61,688 nt of DNA. It comes from Candidatus Yanofskybacteria bacterium. Its GTDB lineage: Bacteria; Patescibacteriota; Minisyncoccia; 2-02-FULL-40-12; IGHO2-12-FULL-4. The DNA lies in NCBI GenBank assembly GCA_016185525.1, contig JACPNK010000003.1, positions 1 to 61,688 on the forward strand, in the 5' to 3' direction. Below are positions 16,398 through 25,606 of this stretch, one piece after another (within the stretch, counting starts at the first letter, position 1; each line of letters opens with the position of its first letter). The position numbers and the translations under genes are program-made. A model generated the notes under the pieces. The model saw nothing but the letters and a program-made list of their open reading frames with translations. It searched no databases and had not been told where the DNA came from.

Positions 16398-17300
16398 ATG
16401 CTAGTAAGTATTGCGAACAAAATCAAAGTTATTCCAGGTTATCTATATAGGAACTATGTCGCTCCTAAAATTTATAGCATTCTAGACAGAAAGATTTTGT
16501 TAAAGAATTTGGAGCTTAAAAACAAATATGTCGGCCAGCGCTGTTTCATTATTGGCGCCGGACCCTCCATAGCCGACACCGACCTTTCGCGATTGAACCG
16601 AGAGTACACTTTCGTGGTTAATGAATTTGAGAAAAACAAACAGTATAATTCTTTAACACCCACATTCCACATCATATCAGAGTCAAACTATTTTACCGAA
16701 AGCGGACCGGAATATTGGCGTAATCGTTTTAAAGAAAAAAGTCGTGACGTGTCCGTAAGCACAACCATGATTTTTAACTTAGCGGCAATACCGTTCATTG
16801 AGAAACACAGCTTATTCAAACAGCATAAAATATATTATGCGGGCACACAAGGAATTTTCAGCGACAATCTGCCCTTCAATATAAACCTTGACCACTACGT
16901 TCCCAACCCAAAAAACTCAATTTTAATGTGCCTGATAGCCGCTGTCTGGATGGGCTTTAGTGAAATTTACCTTCTTGGATGCGAGCATAGTTTTCTGGCA
17001 CAACCGCTTGGTCCAAACAAGTCGTTATCGTTCGGCCACAGTTACGGTCACGAAATTTCCGAATCAGATAACGTTTCTATTGAAGTTTTAAAAAAATACA
17101 TTACACCCAGAGAGATGGGCTTTAACTATGAAATGAATATGGCCAGCGTGTTGCAGTTATTCAAAAACTATCGATTGTTTTACGCTAAAGCCCGTAAAGC
17201 CCACTCCGACCTACAAATATTCAATGCGACTCCCAATAGTTTTCTGGATATTTTCCCCATGATAAACTTTGAGGATATAAAACTAGCGACTAGTGGCTAG
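16398..17300 (+). CDS. Putative nonulosonate (sialyl-type) transferase, GT42/DUF115-like motifs
   Basis: CFIIGAGPSIADTDLSRL...FVVNEF resembles the Cst-II-type IIAGNGPSL...FRCNQF. SILMCLIAAVWMGFSEIYLLGCE resembles TSGVYMCAVAIALGYKEIYLSGID. A GHS motif lies downstream. The comparison is from memory. Confidence 0.45.
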   Translation: MLVSIANKIKVIPGYLYRNYVAPKIYSILDRKILLKNLELKNKYVGQRCFIIGAGPSIADTDLSRLNREYTFVVNEFEKNKQYNSLTPTFHIISESNYFTESGPEYWRNRFKEKSRDVSVSTTMIFNLAAIPFIEKHSLFKQHKIYYAGTQGIFSDNLPFNINLDHYVPNPKNSILMCLIAAVWMGFSEIYLLGCEHSFLAQPLGPNKSLSFGHSYGHEISESDNVSIEVLKKYITPREMGFNYEMNMASVLQLFKNYRLFYAKARKAHSDLQIFNATPNSFLDIFPMINFEDIKLATSG

Positions 17301-17310
17301 TGGCTAGGTA
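17283..17310. repeat. Heptanucleotide tandem tract CTAGCGA-CTAGTGG-CTAGTGG-CTAGGTA
   Basis: Four 7-nt units span the stop codon (17298-17300) of the transferase gene and end 6 nt before the TTG start at 17317. Confidence 0.8.
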
Positions 17311-17316
17311 AAAATT

Positions 17317-18045
17317 TTGAAAAAGTATATAAAATATAACAATATAGAGGTCGCATACAAAGACAACCTGCATGGTGGCGGAATAAGATTCGGACAACAG
17401 TTTATTCCAGTTGTAAAGGAAAGGTTCGGTCATATTGGCCACGTGTTTGAATTTTGCGCCGGACCAGGATTCATTGGATTTTCACTGCTCGCCAATAACC
17501 TTTGCGACAAACTGACCGTAGCCGATGTAAATCCGGAAGCCGTCAAAGTTTTAAATGAAACAATCAAAAGAAACGGTTTGGAATCAAAGGTTACCGTCTA
17601 TCTTTCCGACTGTTTGGACAACATACCCGAAACAGAAAAATGGGATCTGGTTGTTGGCAATCCGCCTCACGTTTTTTGTGCGACCAAAGATGAATACAAA
17701 AAAGACATAACTTTATTTGACCCGAATTTTAATATCCACAAAAAGTTTTATCGGGATATTCATAAATTTTTAAAACCGACCGGTTCAGTGCTTCTACAAG
17801 AACATGCCGAGTCAACAAGCATCGCTGATTTCAAAGAAATGATAGAAAAAAACGGCCTAAAAATCATAGACGTTTTTACTTGCATTCCGCCGCTTGCATC
17901 TGGCTCTAAAAAAAACAATATTGGTTTTAATCTGCCGACTTTTCGTAAAATAACTAATCCGTTTAAGGCCTACAGGGCAGTTAAAAGACGACTATGGCCG
18001 AATAAGCCTAGAAATTATTATTTTATCCACGCCAAAATTGTATGA
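17317..18045 (+). CDS. Class I SAM-dependent methyltransferase with NPPH (N-methyltransferase-type) motif
   Basis: Motif I VFEFCAGPGFIG and motif IV VVGNPPH, as in HemK/RsmC-type amino-group methyltransferases. TTG start. Confidence 0.7.
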   Translation: MKKYIKYNNIEVAYKDNLHGGGIRFGQQFIPVVKERFGHIGHVFEFCAGPGFIGFSLLANNLCDKLTVADVNPEAVKVLNETIKRNGLESKVTVYLSDCLDNIPETEKWDLVVGNPPHVFCATKDEYKKDITLFDPNFNIHKKFYRDIHKFLKPTGSVLLQEHAESTSIADFKEMIEKNGLKIIDVFTCIPPLASGSKKNNIGFNLPTFRKITNPFKAYRAVKRRLWPNKPRNYYFIHAKIV

Positions 18046-19805
18046 TGACTCTTGGATTAAAAATTATCGGTCACGATACCGGCGCCGCTCTTTTATCAGA
18101 TAACCAGACGGTGGCTATATCTCAAGAACGGCTGGACCGCAAAAAATACTCTAGAGCCTTTCCCAAAGAGTCGACTGATTATTGCCTGTCTGCGGCTGGT
18201 CTGAAAAACATTAACGACGTGGATTTAATTGCCGTTGAACAAATGGATACGACGCCTGCGCCTTTAATAGATTTGCTTAAACGTCACGGCTGGTGGTATA
18301 ACATCAGCCGTAAGACCATATTTGTTAATCATCACGACGCCCATGCGGCTAGCGCTTTTTTTTGTTCTCCTTTTAACGATGCCGCGGTTATGGTGGTTGA
18401 TAGCGCCGGCCAAAAGACCAAATTGGAAACAGGGCTAGTTGGAATGGAGACAGAGACGTTTTATCGGGGCGATGAGAACGGTCTGCATCAAATCACGCGT
18501 AACCATACTCCCGTTAATCAATTTACCGGATGGCTTTTAAATTTTTCCGGAGTTGGCAACTTCTATTCCCAAGTTACATATTTTCTTGGGTTCGGCAAAC
18601 ACGAGGAGGGGAAAACAATGGGTTTGGCGCCTTACGGCAAAGGAAGATTTGTTTTAGAAATTCCGGAAGAACAGTTCCTCAAGAAAATAAGCCCGTCTCG
18701 CCACATTTTTCCTTCTCGCCTGGAACCTCATCCCGATATGGGATTAAAATATCTTTTCAAAAAAACTTCTTATTCCCGCAAGAGCGCCATAGCCAGACAG
18801 CTAAAGCTACTAACGCATGCTTTTTCAAAAAAAGGTTTGGCTTATGAAAAGCCGGCTCATTTCCCCAAAACCCCCGAAGTTTTCTTTGAACACCCGCGCG
18901 CAAATAAAAAAATTAAGCTTCCCGACAATCTTTACACCGAGTTAGCTTACTGGGCTCAGTTTAATTTGGAAAAAGTGATGGTAAATTACGCGACACATCT
19001 GCACAACATTACCGGATCAAAAAATCTTTGTATCGCCGGCGGCGTCGGCCTGAATAGCGTGGCAAACAAAAAAATATTGGACCAAACTCCTTTTGAAAAT
19101 ATTTTCATCCAGCCGGCTTCCGGCGATTCCGGTCTGGCTCTCGGCGCGGCTTTGTGGGCCAGTCACCAGATAAAAAAAGAACCGGTCAAATGGAGAATGA
19201 GCAATGCGTATCTTGGCAAAAATTATGATGAAAAAGAAATTTCTGACGCCGTTTCAAGTTCAGGTTGTAAGTATCAAAAAATTGAAAATCCCGAAACAAC
19301 AGCCGCAAAATTACTGGCAGATGGAAAAATTATCGGCTGGTTTCAGGGAAAAAGCGAATACGGTCCCCGGGCTTTGGGCAGTAGAAGTATTTTGTGCTCC
19401 CCTATTCCTTCGGGAATGAAGGATAAGTTAAATATGCAGGTAAAACACCGCGAGTCGTTCCGCCCTTTCGCTCCGGCCTGCCTTCAGGAAGCCGCCGGTG
19501 AATATTTTGAACTTGATTGCCCCAGCCCGTTTATGCTTCTCATCGCTAAAGTAAAAAAGGATAATATTCCGGCCGTGACTCACATAGACGGCACCGCCCG
19601 TGTACAGACAGTCAGCGCAGAACAAAACCCCAGATTTTACTCGCTTATAAAAGAATTTCAAAAACTGACCGGTGTGCCGGTCGTACTGAATACGTCATTT
19701 AACGACTCCGGCGAACCCATCATTGAAACTCCAAAAGACGCGGTAAGAACTTTTAAAGCCACGAATCTTGACGCGCTTATTATTGGAAACTACCTAATTA
19801 GCTAA
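18042..19805 (+). CDS. NodU/CmcH-family carbamoyltransferase
   Basis: N-terminal LGLKIIGHDTGAALL...ISQERLDRKKYS, the HHDAHAASAF motif and a C-terminal TSFN segment are typical of carbamoyltransferases of about 590 aa. Confidence 0.85.
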   Translation: MMTLGLKIIGHDTGAALLSDNQTVAISQERLDRKKYSRAFPKESTDYCLSAAGLKNINDVDLIAVEQMDTTPAPLIDLLKRHGWWYNISRKTIFVNHHDAHAASAFFCSPFNDAAVMVVDSAGQKTKLETGLVGMETETFYRGDENGLHQITRNHTPVNQFTGWLLNFSGVGNFYSQVTYFLGFGKHEEGKTMGLAPYGKGRFVLEIPEEQFLKKISPSRHIFPSRLEPHPDMGLKYLFKKTSYSRKSAIARQLKLLTHAFSKKGLAYEKPAHFPKTPEVFFEHPRANKKIKLPDNLYTELAYWAQFNLEKVMVNYATHLHNITGSKNLCIAGGVGLNSVANKKILDQTPFENIFIQPASGDSGLALGAALWASHQIKKEPVKWRMSNAYLGKNYDEKEISDAVSSSGCKYQKIENPETTAAKLLADGKIIGWFQGKSEYGPRALGSRSILCSPIPSGMKDKLNMQVKHRESFRPFAPACLQEAAGEYFELDCPSPFMLLIAKVKKDNIPAVTHIDGTARVQTVSAEQNPRFYSLIKEFQKLTGVPVVLNTSFNDSGEPIIETPKDAVRTFKATNLDALIIGNYLIS

Positions 19806-19914
19806 AAGTCAATTTTTACTTTTTAATTTAAAATTTTTACTTAATTTGCAATAACTAATTTTAAAAAAATTAAAAATTCATTAAAAATTGAAAAGTGAAA
19901 ATTAAAAATTTTTT

Positions 19915-21120
19915 ATGCAAGTTCTTCAAATTAACACAACCGACACCCGTGGCGGGGCCGCCAAAGTCGCCTATCGCCTCAAACATGGGCTGATTGACCG
20001 TGGACATCAAGCAGATATGATTGTTGCCCGGAAGTACTCCCAGGACTCCGGTGTGCATCTACTGCGCCCTTACAGCCACCTGCGCGAACGTATTGTGCGA
20101 AAATTGACTTACTTATTGGCGGATGATCTGGATTTTTCTCCGGCAGGCCGCATTCGCGTCATGGCTTCTTACCGGCAAGCCGATATTGTTCATTTACACA
20201 ATATCCATTCAAACTACTTTAATCTGGGGACGCTTCCTTCCATTACCCGCGAAAAGCCCACCATCTGGACATTGCATGATATGTGGCCGCTGACGGCTCA
20301 CTGCGCTTATGCCATGGAGAGTTCCGTTTCTAATGGATTTTTTCAGTGCCAAGACCTCAACGCTTATCCTGCTATCGCATGGCACAATGAAAAATATCTG
20401 GAGTGGAGGAAACGCAGTGTATATTGCCGGTCTAACTTTCACATCGTAGTCCCCTCCCGATGGCTTTTAGAGAAAGTGAAGCAAACGGTTCTAAGCGCAA
20501 AACCGGCATCCGTTATTTACAACGGTATTGACACGGAAGTTTTCAGGCCCCAGTCACAAAAAAAAATGCGCCATGAGTTGAATCTGCCGGAAGACAAGTT
20601 CGTCATCCTGTTCGCATCAAAAGGAGGCCACGACCAAAAACGTAAAGGTTATGACTATGTCCAGTCGATTTCACGATTACTAGGAAACAATCCCAACGTT
20701 CTTCTCTTAATCGTAGGCGGAGACGAGACCGTCAATACTCCTAATCTTAAAAGAGTCTCCTATATCAGCGACGAAGCGCTTCTGGCTAAATATTTTGCCG
20801 CGGCAGATATTTTTCTGTTCCCTTCCACAGCCGATAACTGCCCGCTGGTAGTGCTTGAAGCAGAAGCATGCGGCTTGCCAGTAGTATCGTTTGCCACCGG
20901 CGGCATCCCTGAATTGGTTGACCATCAAAAAACGGGCTACATCGCCCGCTACAAAGATGTTGAAGATTTGATCGCCGGAGTCCGCTGGACACTTTCCCGT
21001 TCACCGGCTGAACGCGCCGCTATGCGTGAAGCGGCCATCGCCAAAATCCGTTCTAGTTTTACTTTGGAAAAAATGACAAATCAATATCTGGAACTTTATC
21101 ACAAGATAATAAATAAATAA
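19915..21120 (+). CDS. Glycosyltransferase family 4 (GT-B)
   Basis: N-terminal RGGAAKVA and the C-terminal EX7E region VLEAEACGLPVVSFATGGIPELV. Confidence 0.85.
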   Translation: MQVLQINTTDTRGGAAKVAYRLKHGLIDRGHQADMIVARKYSQDSGVHLLRPYSHLRERIVRKLTYLLADDLDFSPAGRIRVMASYRQADIVHLHNIHSNYFNLGTLPSITREKPTIWTLHDMWPLTAHCAYAMESSVSNGFFQCQDLNAYPAIAWHNEKYLEWRKRSVYCRSNFHIVVPSRWLLEKVKQTVLSAKPASVIYNGIDTEVFRPQSQKKMRHELNLPEDKFVILFASKGGHDQKRKGYDYVQSISRLLGNNPNVLLLIVGGDETVNTPNLKRVSYISDEALLAKYFAAADIFLFPSTADNCPLVVLEAEACGLPVVSFATGGIPELVDHQKTGYIARYKDVEDLIAGVRWTLSRSPAERAAMREAAIAKIRSSFTLEKMTNQYLELYHKIINK

Positions 21121-21137
21121 TTACCACCAAATTAAAA

Positions 21138-21180
21138 CCCGGCACTTTCTAAAAAGAAAGGAAAGTGCCGGGTGATTTTT
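21138..21180. terminator. Bidirectional rho-independent terminator
   Basis: An 11-bp stem, CCCGGCACTTT (21138-21148) with AAAGTGCCGGG (21162-21172). T-runs lie on both strands (TGATTTTT on plus, TTTTAATTT on minus). It sits between convergent genes. Confidence 0.8.
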
Positions 21181-22693
21181 ATTGCGTAGGCGCCATCGAG
21201 CGGACGATGCTGACTCTTTCCGGCTTGTTCAAAAATTCCCACGCTTTTCTTGAAACAAATTCAATATACTTTGGGTCCATCAATGTTTTCATTGAAGGCC
21301 ACAGCCAGTCAAGGTCTGCTATTTCAATTCCCGGCAAAAGCAAATCGTTCTGGATAACATAGTCGTAGAGAGCTGTGCCGGGAAAAGGAGTTACTATCGT
21401 AAAGTTTACATATTCAGAACCGGCATCCATGTGTTTTTTGGCAACCAGAATGGTGGTAAGCAGTTCTTCGTATGTCTCGTCGGGATAGCCGATAAGATAA
21501 CAACTTGAAACAGTAATGCCGAGCGCATTGGCTTTTCTTATCAAAGCCGATATGTCGTAAGTCTCATGGCTTATCTTGCCGGAAGCCCATTTGTCTATTA
21601 TTCTTTGGGAACCGGATTCAACGGGAAACGAGAGCCGTCTAAAACCGGCTTCGGCCATTGTTTCCAGCATTTCTTCGTCAATCACTATCCGGCCACTGCC
21701 GTCGTTTTTGTGCAAGTGAGAAAGGTTGACGCCGTTTACATCGCCAAGTTTAAAACCAAACTTAATCATCATTCTGAAAATATCCAAGGCTCTTTTCTTT
21801 TTTGCCAGCAAGGAGTCGTCCTCAATGTAAATATCTTGCGCTCCAAGCTCTTGAATGGAAACCAACTCTCTTTCTACGCGTTCCACGGACTGAAATCTGA
21901 ATTTGCCTATATAGCCGGTGTCCGCTCCTTTTTGTTCTCCGGAAATATGGCAAAAAGTGCAGATATACGGACAGCCCCTTGAAGTCACCGCCGACACATA
22001 TGGCAATGGCTTATCAAGCTGGCCGATGCTTATAACACCGCCGTGAGGCCGGGCAATCTTCCAAATACGGTCAAGCGGCAGAAGGTCTCTGGCCGGAATG
22101 GGCAACAAGTCCAGATTGTCTTCAATATGACCCATCGGGTTAATTTTTAACCGTCCGTCTTGCGTAAAAGCAACTCCGGAGATACCAGAAAAATCACGGC
22201 TTCCGTTACGAAGAATATTGCCGATTTCAACTATCGTTTTTTCTGCTTCTGAAATACAGATAAGATGAGCGCCGGCATCAAAAAATCTTTTCATCTGTGT
22301 CCGGGCATTGATGCCGCCCATGATAATCAGTTTGTCCGGAAAAGCACATGATATCAACTTGACCAACTCCTCAACCATATACGTCTGGGGGGTGAAGATG
22401 GAACTGACGCCGATGACATCATAGTCGGCAACTTCTTTGATAACGTTTTCCGGAGCCATGCCAATTCTTACCATGCCGTTTGGTAACGGCGTCTGCCGAT
22501 AGAAACTTTGCTCAAGAGAATATCTCTCGTTTCCCAAACAACAATCTAAAATATTGACATGGAAGCCGGCATCTCGCAAAGCCGCGGCCAAATACAAGTT
22601 GCCGAGAGATGCCTCGGGTTTAACCGCGCCAAAGCACAGGTTGAATCGTTGGGGCGCATACATTAACAAAAACCTCGGTTCCGCTTTTCCCAT
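21179..22693 (-). CDS. B12-binding-domain radical SAM enzyme (class B-like)
   Basis: CPYICTFC = CX3CX2C. The N-terminal domain resembles a cobalamin-binding Rossmann-like domain (LLMYAP...NLYLAAALRDAGFHV). Confidence 0.8.
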   Translation of the reverse strand: MGKAEPRFLLMYAPQRFNLCFGAVKPEASLGNLYLAAALRDAGFHVNILDCCLGNERYSLEQSFYRQTPLPNGMVRIGMAPENVIKEVADYDVIGVSSIFTPQTYMVEELVKLISCAFPDKLIIMGGINARTQMKRFFDAGAHLICISEAEKTIVEIGNILRNGSRDFSGISGVAFTQDGRLKINPMGHIEDNLDLLPIPARDLLPLDRIWKIARPHGGVISIGQLDKPLPYVSAVTSRGCPYICTFCHISGEQKGADTGYIGKFRFQSVERVERELVSIQELGAQDIYIEDDSLLAKKKRALDIFRMMIKFGFKLGDVNGVNLSHLHKNDGSGRIVIDEEMLETMAEAGFRRLSFPVESGSQRIIDKWASGKISHETYDISALIRKANALGITVSSCYLIGYPDETYEELLTTILVAKKHMDAGSEYVNFTIVTPFPGTALYDYVIQNDLLLPGIEIADLDWLWPSMKTLMDPKYIEFVSRKAWEFLNKPERVSIVRSMAPTQ

Positions 22694-22762
22694 TTTTAAG
22701 GTACCCTCAAGCTAAAATGGCATTTGAGTCAACGTAGCAAAAAAAATCAGCAAAAACAATAC

Positions 22763-23815
22763 TCAAACAGTTTCAATCTTGTCCAGTAAATTCTTGGCTA
22801 AAATAGCTGACTTTAGTTTTTTCTGATAGAGTTCGTAGCCATTTTCAGCTATTTTTTGGGCCACGAAATAATTGTTTCTAATCCACAATATCTTGTCGGC
22901 CAATGATTTTTCATCTGCGGGATTGCACAAAAGACACGTCTCGTCCGGTGTCAAAAGTTCTAACACGCCGGTATTGGCGGAAGTCAGATAAGGCAGTCTC
23001 ATGGAAAGGGTTTCGTAGACTTTGTGGGGCAGGGTCCTTTTCAGCCGCACGTGGTGCGACAGTTGGCCAAGAGAAATGTGGCATGATTGCATCATCGTTC
23101 TTAAAATATCATCGGGAACATAATCTGTGATATGCTTTAAGTTTTTTGGAGCTATGTCCTTGATAAGTTTTTTTGTTTTTTCCATAAGCAAGCCTCCGCC
23201 AATAAGAACAAAATTTATATTTTCACTCTCCAGAATTTTAGCCGCCTTGATTACATATTCCGCGCCCGCTTCGGGCATTAACGCGCCTCTGAACAAAACC
23301 GTAAAAATATTCTGTTTTGGCACGGCTGGATCATAATAAAATTTATCTTCATTAGAACCAATCCAACTGCGGCATAATTTTTTCTTGGAAACTTTGAATA
23401 ACTTATTAAAAAAGTTGGCCTGTTCATTGCTTTCAACAAGAATCAGGTCCGCGCTATGCACCGCCAAAAAATCCAAAAGCCAGTAATAGATTCCTTTGAG
23501 CGATATCTTTCTGGCTAACTGCCTAGAAATCACCATTCTTTCGTATTCCGAGAGAACGGCGTTGTAGACAATTTTTTTGCGGCAAAAAGGCTTCAGGAAA
23601 AAAGCTAAAGGCTGGCTGTTGTAGCCGATTATCACCAAATCGGCGTCTTTTGAATTGCGCCTATAAAAAGACAGGGCGTTAATAAAACCAAAAACACCTT
23701 TTTGAACATGGGCATCAGCAACTTGAACGCTGTTCTCGCGCAACCCTTTGATGAGGACGGCATTCAAAGAGTAATCCAGCCGGGTGTTGGATAAATAAAT
23801 TATTTTTTTTATCAT
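22763..23815 (-). CDS. GT-B glycosyltransferase (paralog of 34200..35243)
   Basis: N-terminus IIYLSNTRLDYSLNAVLIKGLRENSVQV parallels ILYFGSYDPNYTRNRVLIDGLRQNGVEV. The C-terminus has a KVYETLSMRLPYLTS acceptor/donor-loop region. Confidence 0.6.
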   Translation of the reverse strand: MIKKIIYLSNTRLDYSLNAVLIKGLRENSVQVADAHVQKGVFGFINALSFYRRNSKDADLVIIGYNSQPLAFFLKPFCRKKIVYNAVLSEYERMVISRQLARKISLKGIYYWLLDFLAVHSADLILVESNEQANFFNKLFKVSKKKLCRSWIGSNEDKFYYDPAVPKQNIFTVLFRGALMPEAGAEYVIKAAKILESENINFVLIGGGLLMEKTKKLIKDIAPKNLKHITDYVPDDILRTMMQSCHISLGQLSHHVRLKRTLPHKVYETLSMRLPYLTSANTGVLELLTPDETCLLCNPADEKSLADKILWIRNNYFVAQKIAENGYELYQKKLKSAILAKNLLDKIETV

Positions 23816-23828
23816 TAATTTTTAAATT

Positions 23829-24614
23829 TTAACTCTCTACTTTCAATTTACTTAAGGTTGTCAGTTCACCTTGCCAGTTATAGCCCACCCAGTGTTTAAA
23901 TTTAGTTTTGAGGTCCTCGTTTTCGTAGCCGGGATGACAGCCGAGTTCAACAATTTTATCCGGATATTTTTGAGCAAGGTCTTCGGCGTATTTTATATCG
24001 CTATCGCTCATATTTCCGGCACTGACAAAACCGACAAAAAAGTCATTGCATTGGAGACCGGCTTTGCGTATTTTTTTCTTTGCCGCCGCTGACAGAAAGT
24101 TTAAAAACAACAGCTGAAGTTTCCTGAAAAACTTGCCGCCGGAAAGATTAACCGGCTCATTAACAATTCTTATATACGGAATGCCGTATTCCCCGGCTAA
24201 TTTTATGCACATATCCATAATCCCCGGCAGTAAATGCAGGTGTTGATTGCCATTTATAAAAGACAGCTTTACGCCGGTCTGAATGATTTTTTTAACCTGC
24301 GCTTCCAACTCTTGCCAAATATAGTCTTGCTTGACCAGACCCAAGACATATTTCAAGAAAAAAATACGGTGATTTGCATGCATCAACTCCCCCGATACCA
24401 CCGACCTTTGTTCTACAAGATTCAAATGAGCTCCGATGCCGCCCAGTCCGGCATCGGAAATTTGTTTAGCGGCATCTTCAAACTCTTCTCCATTAGCCAT
24501 CAGTGAAGCTCCGTCTATCTTGCCTTCTTTTAATAAAAAAATGATTCCGTCGTTAACGGACTTGTGAAGACCCATGTCATCGGCAATGATTTTTAAATTA
24601 GAATTTCCGGTCAT
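23829..24614 (-). CDS. YdjC/ChbG/HpnK-family carbohydrate deacetylase
   Basis: IIADDMGLHKSVNDGI...GASLMANG and HLNL motifs of YdjC-like deacetylases. Confidence 0.7.
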   Translation of the reverse strand: MTGNSNLKIIADDMGLHKSVNDGIIFLLKEGKIDGASLMANGEEFEDAAKQISDAGLGGIGAHLNLVEQRSVVSGELMHANHRIFFLKYVLGLVKQDYIWQELEAQVKKIIQTGVKLSFINGNQHLHLLPGIMDMCIKLAGEYGIPYIRIVNEPVNLSGGKFFRKLQLLFLNFLSAAAKKKIRKAGLQCNDFFVGFVSAGNMSDSDIKYAEDLAQKYPDKIVELGCHPGYENEDLKTKFKHWVGYNWQGELTTLSKLKVES

Positions 24615-25557
24615 TTTCCAAATTCTTAGTTTCCGCGATAATATACACCGGCCGGCCTTTTATTTCGTTGAACATTTTATACAAATACTCGCCAATGATG
24701 CCTATGACCATCAACTGAACACTGCCCAGGATCAAAACAACAATAGTCAGCGAAGAGAGACCCTCAATAAGATTTTCCGGATACAAAAATTTCTCTATAA
24801 CAACGGAGACGCCATAACCGACGCTCCCCAGAAAAATCACCAAACCTATCCAAAAAGAGATCCGGAGAGGAAAGGCGGAAAACGAAGTAACCCCGTTTAA
24901 TATAAATTTGGCCAGTCCTCTGATGGAAGTGCCTCGGCCGAACTTTCTAAACCTTACGGCGTAAGGAACATATTTTTTCTTAAAACCGACCCACTGGGCC
25001 AACCCCCTGAAAAATTTCTCTCTTTCGGGTAATTTTTTGATTACATCAACAACTCGTCTTTTGTATAAAACAAAATCACCGGCATTTTTAAACTCAAGGC
25101 CAGTTGTAACGCTTAAAAATTTATAGATGGCTCTGCCGACCATTTCTCTCAAAAAAGAGTTTTGTTTATTAGCCATTCTTTCTCCAATGACAATGTCATG
25201 CCCCGCTTCAGCCTGCTTAACAAATTCTTTGATTAATTCCGGAGGATGTTGAAGATCGCTGTCCATCGTCACCACAAGCTCTCCGCTGGAAGCGTCTATG
25301 CCGGCGCTTAAAGCGGCTTGATGCCCGAAGTTTCTTGAAAAACGAATGACCTTAATTCTTCTGTCTTTTTCCGCATATTGGCGTAACATGTCATAGGTTT
25401 TATCGGTGGAACAATCATTAACAAAAATTATTTCATATTCTTTGTTCAAAGAATTGCAGACAGAATAAAGCTCCCTCATTAACTCCGGAAGGGACTTTTC
25501 TTCGTTATAAATAGGCAAAATTACCGAAAGATAGACTTCTTTTAATTGACCGTTCAT
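24598..25557 (-). CDS. GT2 polyprenyl-phosphate glycosyltransferase (ArnC/GtrB/DPM1-like)
   Basis: LSVILPIYNEE, FVNDCSTD, MDSDLQHPPE, plus two C-terminal TM helices. Confidence 0.85.
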   Translation of the reverse strand: MNGQLKEVYLSVILPIYNEEKSLPELMRELYSVCNSLNKEYEIIFVNDCSTDKTYDMLRQYAEKDRRIKVIRFSRNFGHQAALSAGIDASSGELVVTMDSDLQHPPELIKEFVKQAEAGHDIVIGERMANKQNSFLREMVGRAIYKFLSVTTGLEFKNAGDFVLYKRRVVDVIKKLPEREKFFRGLAQWVGFKKKYVPYAVRFRKFGRGTSIRGLAKFILNGVTSFSAFPLRISFWIGLVIFLGSVGYGVSVVIEKFLYPENLIEGLSSLTIVVLILGSVQLMVIGIIGEYLYKMFNEIKGRPVYIIAETKNLENDRKF

Positions 25558-25606
25558 TTTTTAATTATACATAACTCGGCCAGAGTTGTCTAGGTAGACG
25601 TAAAAA

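Noticed and set aside
19806-19914. Possible CRISPR-like or other repeat array in the very AT-rich spacer (ATTTTTACTT and AAAATTGAAAA repeats).
   Set aside because: The repeats are under 12 nt and degenerate, with no regular repeat-spacer architecture and no cas genes. This is more likely a promoter or UP-element region with a degenerate TGAAAAT tract.
21165-21362. 65-aa plus-strand ORF starting inside the bidirectional terminator.
   Set aside because: It begins within the terminator stem and runs antisense to the 3' end of the radical SAM gene, with no signals.
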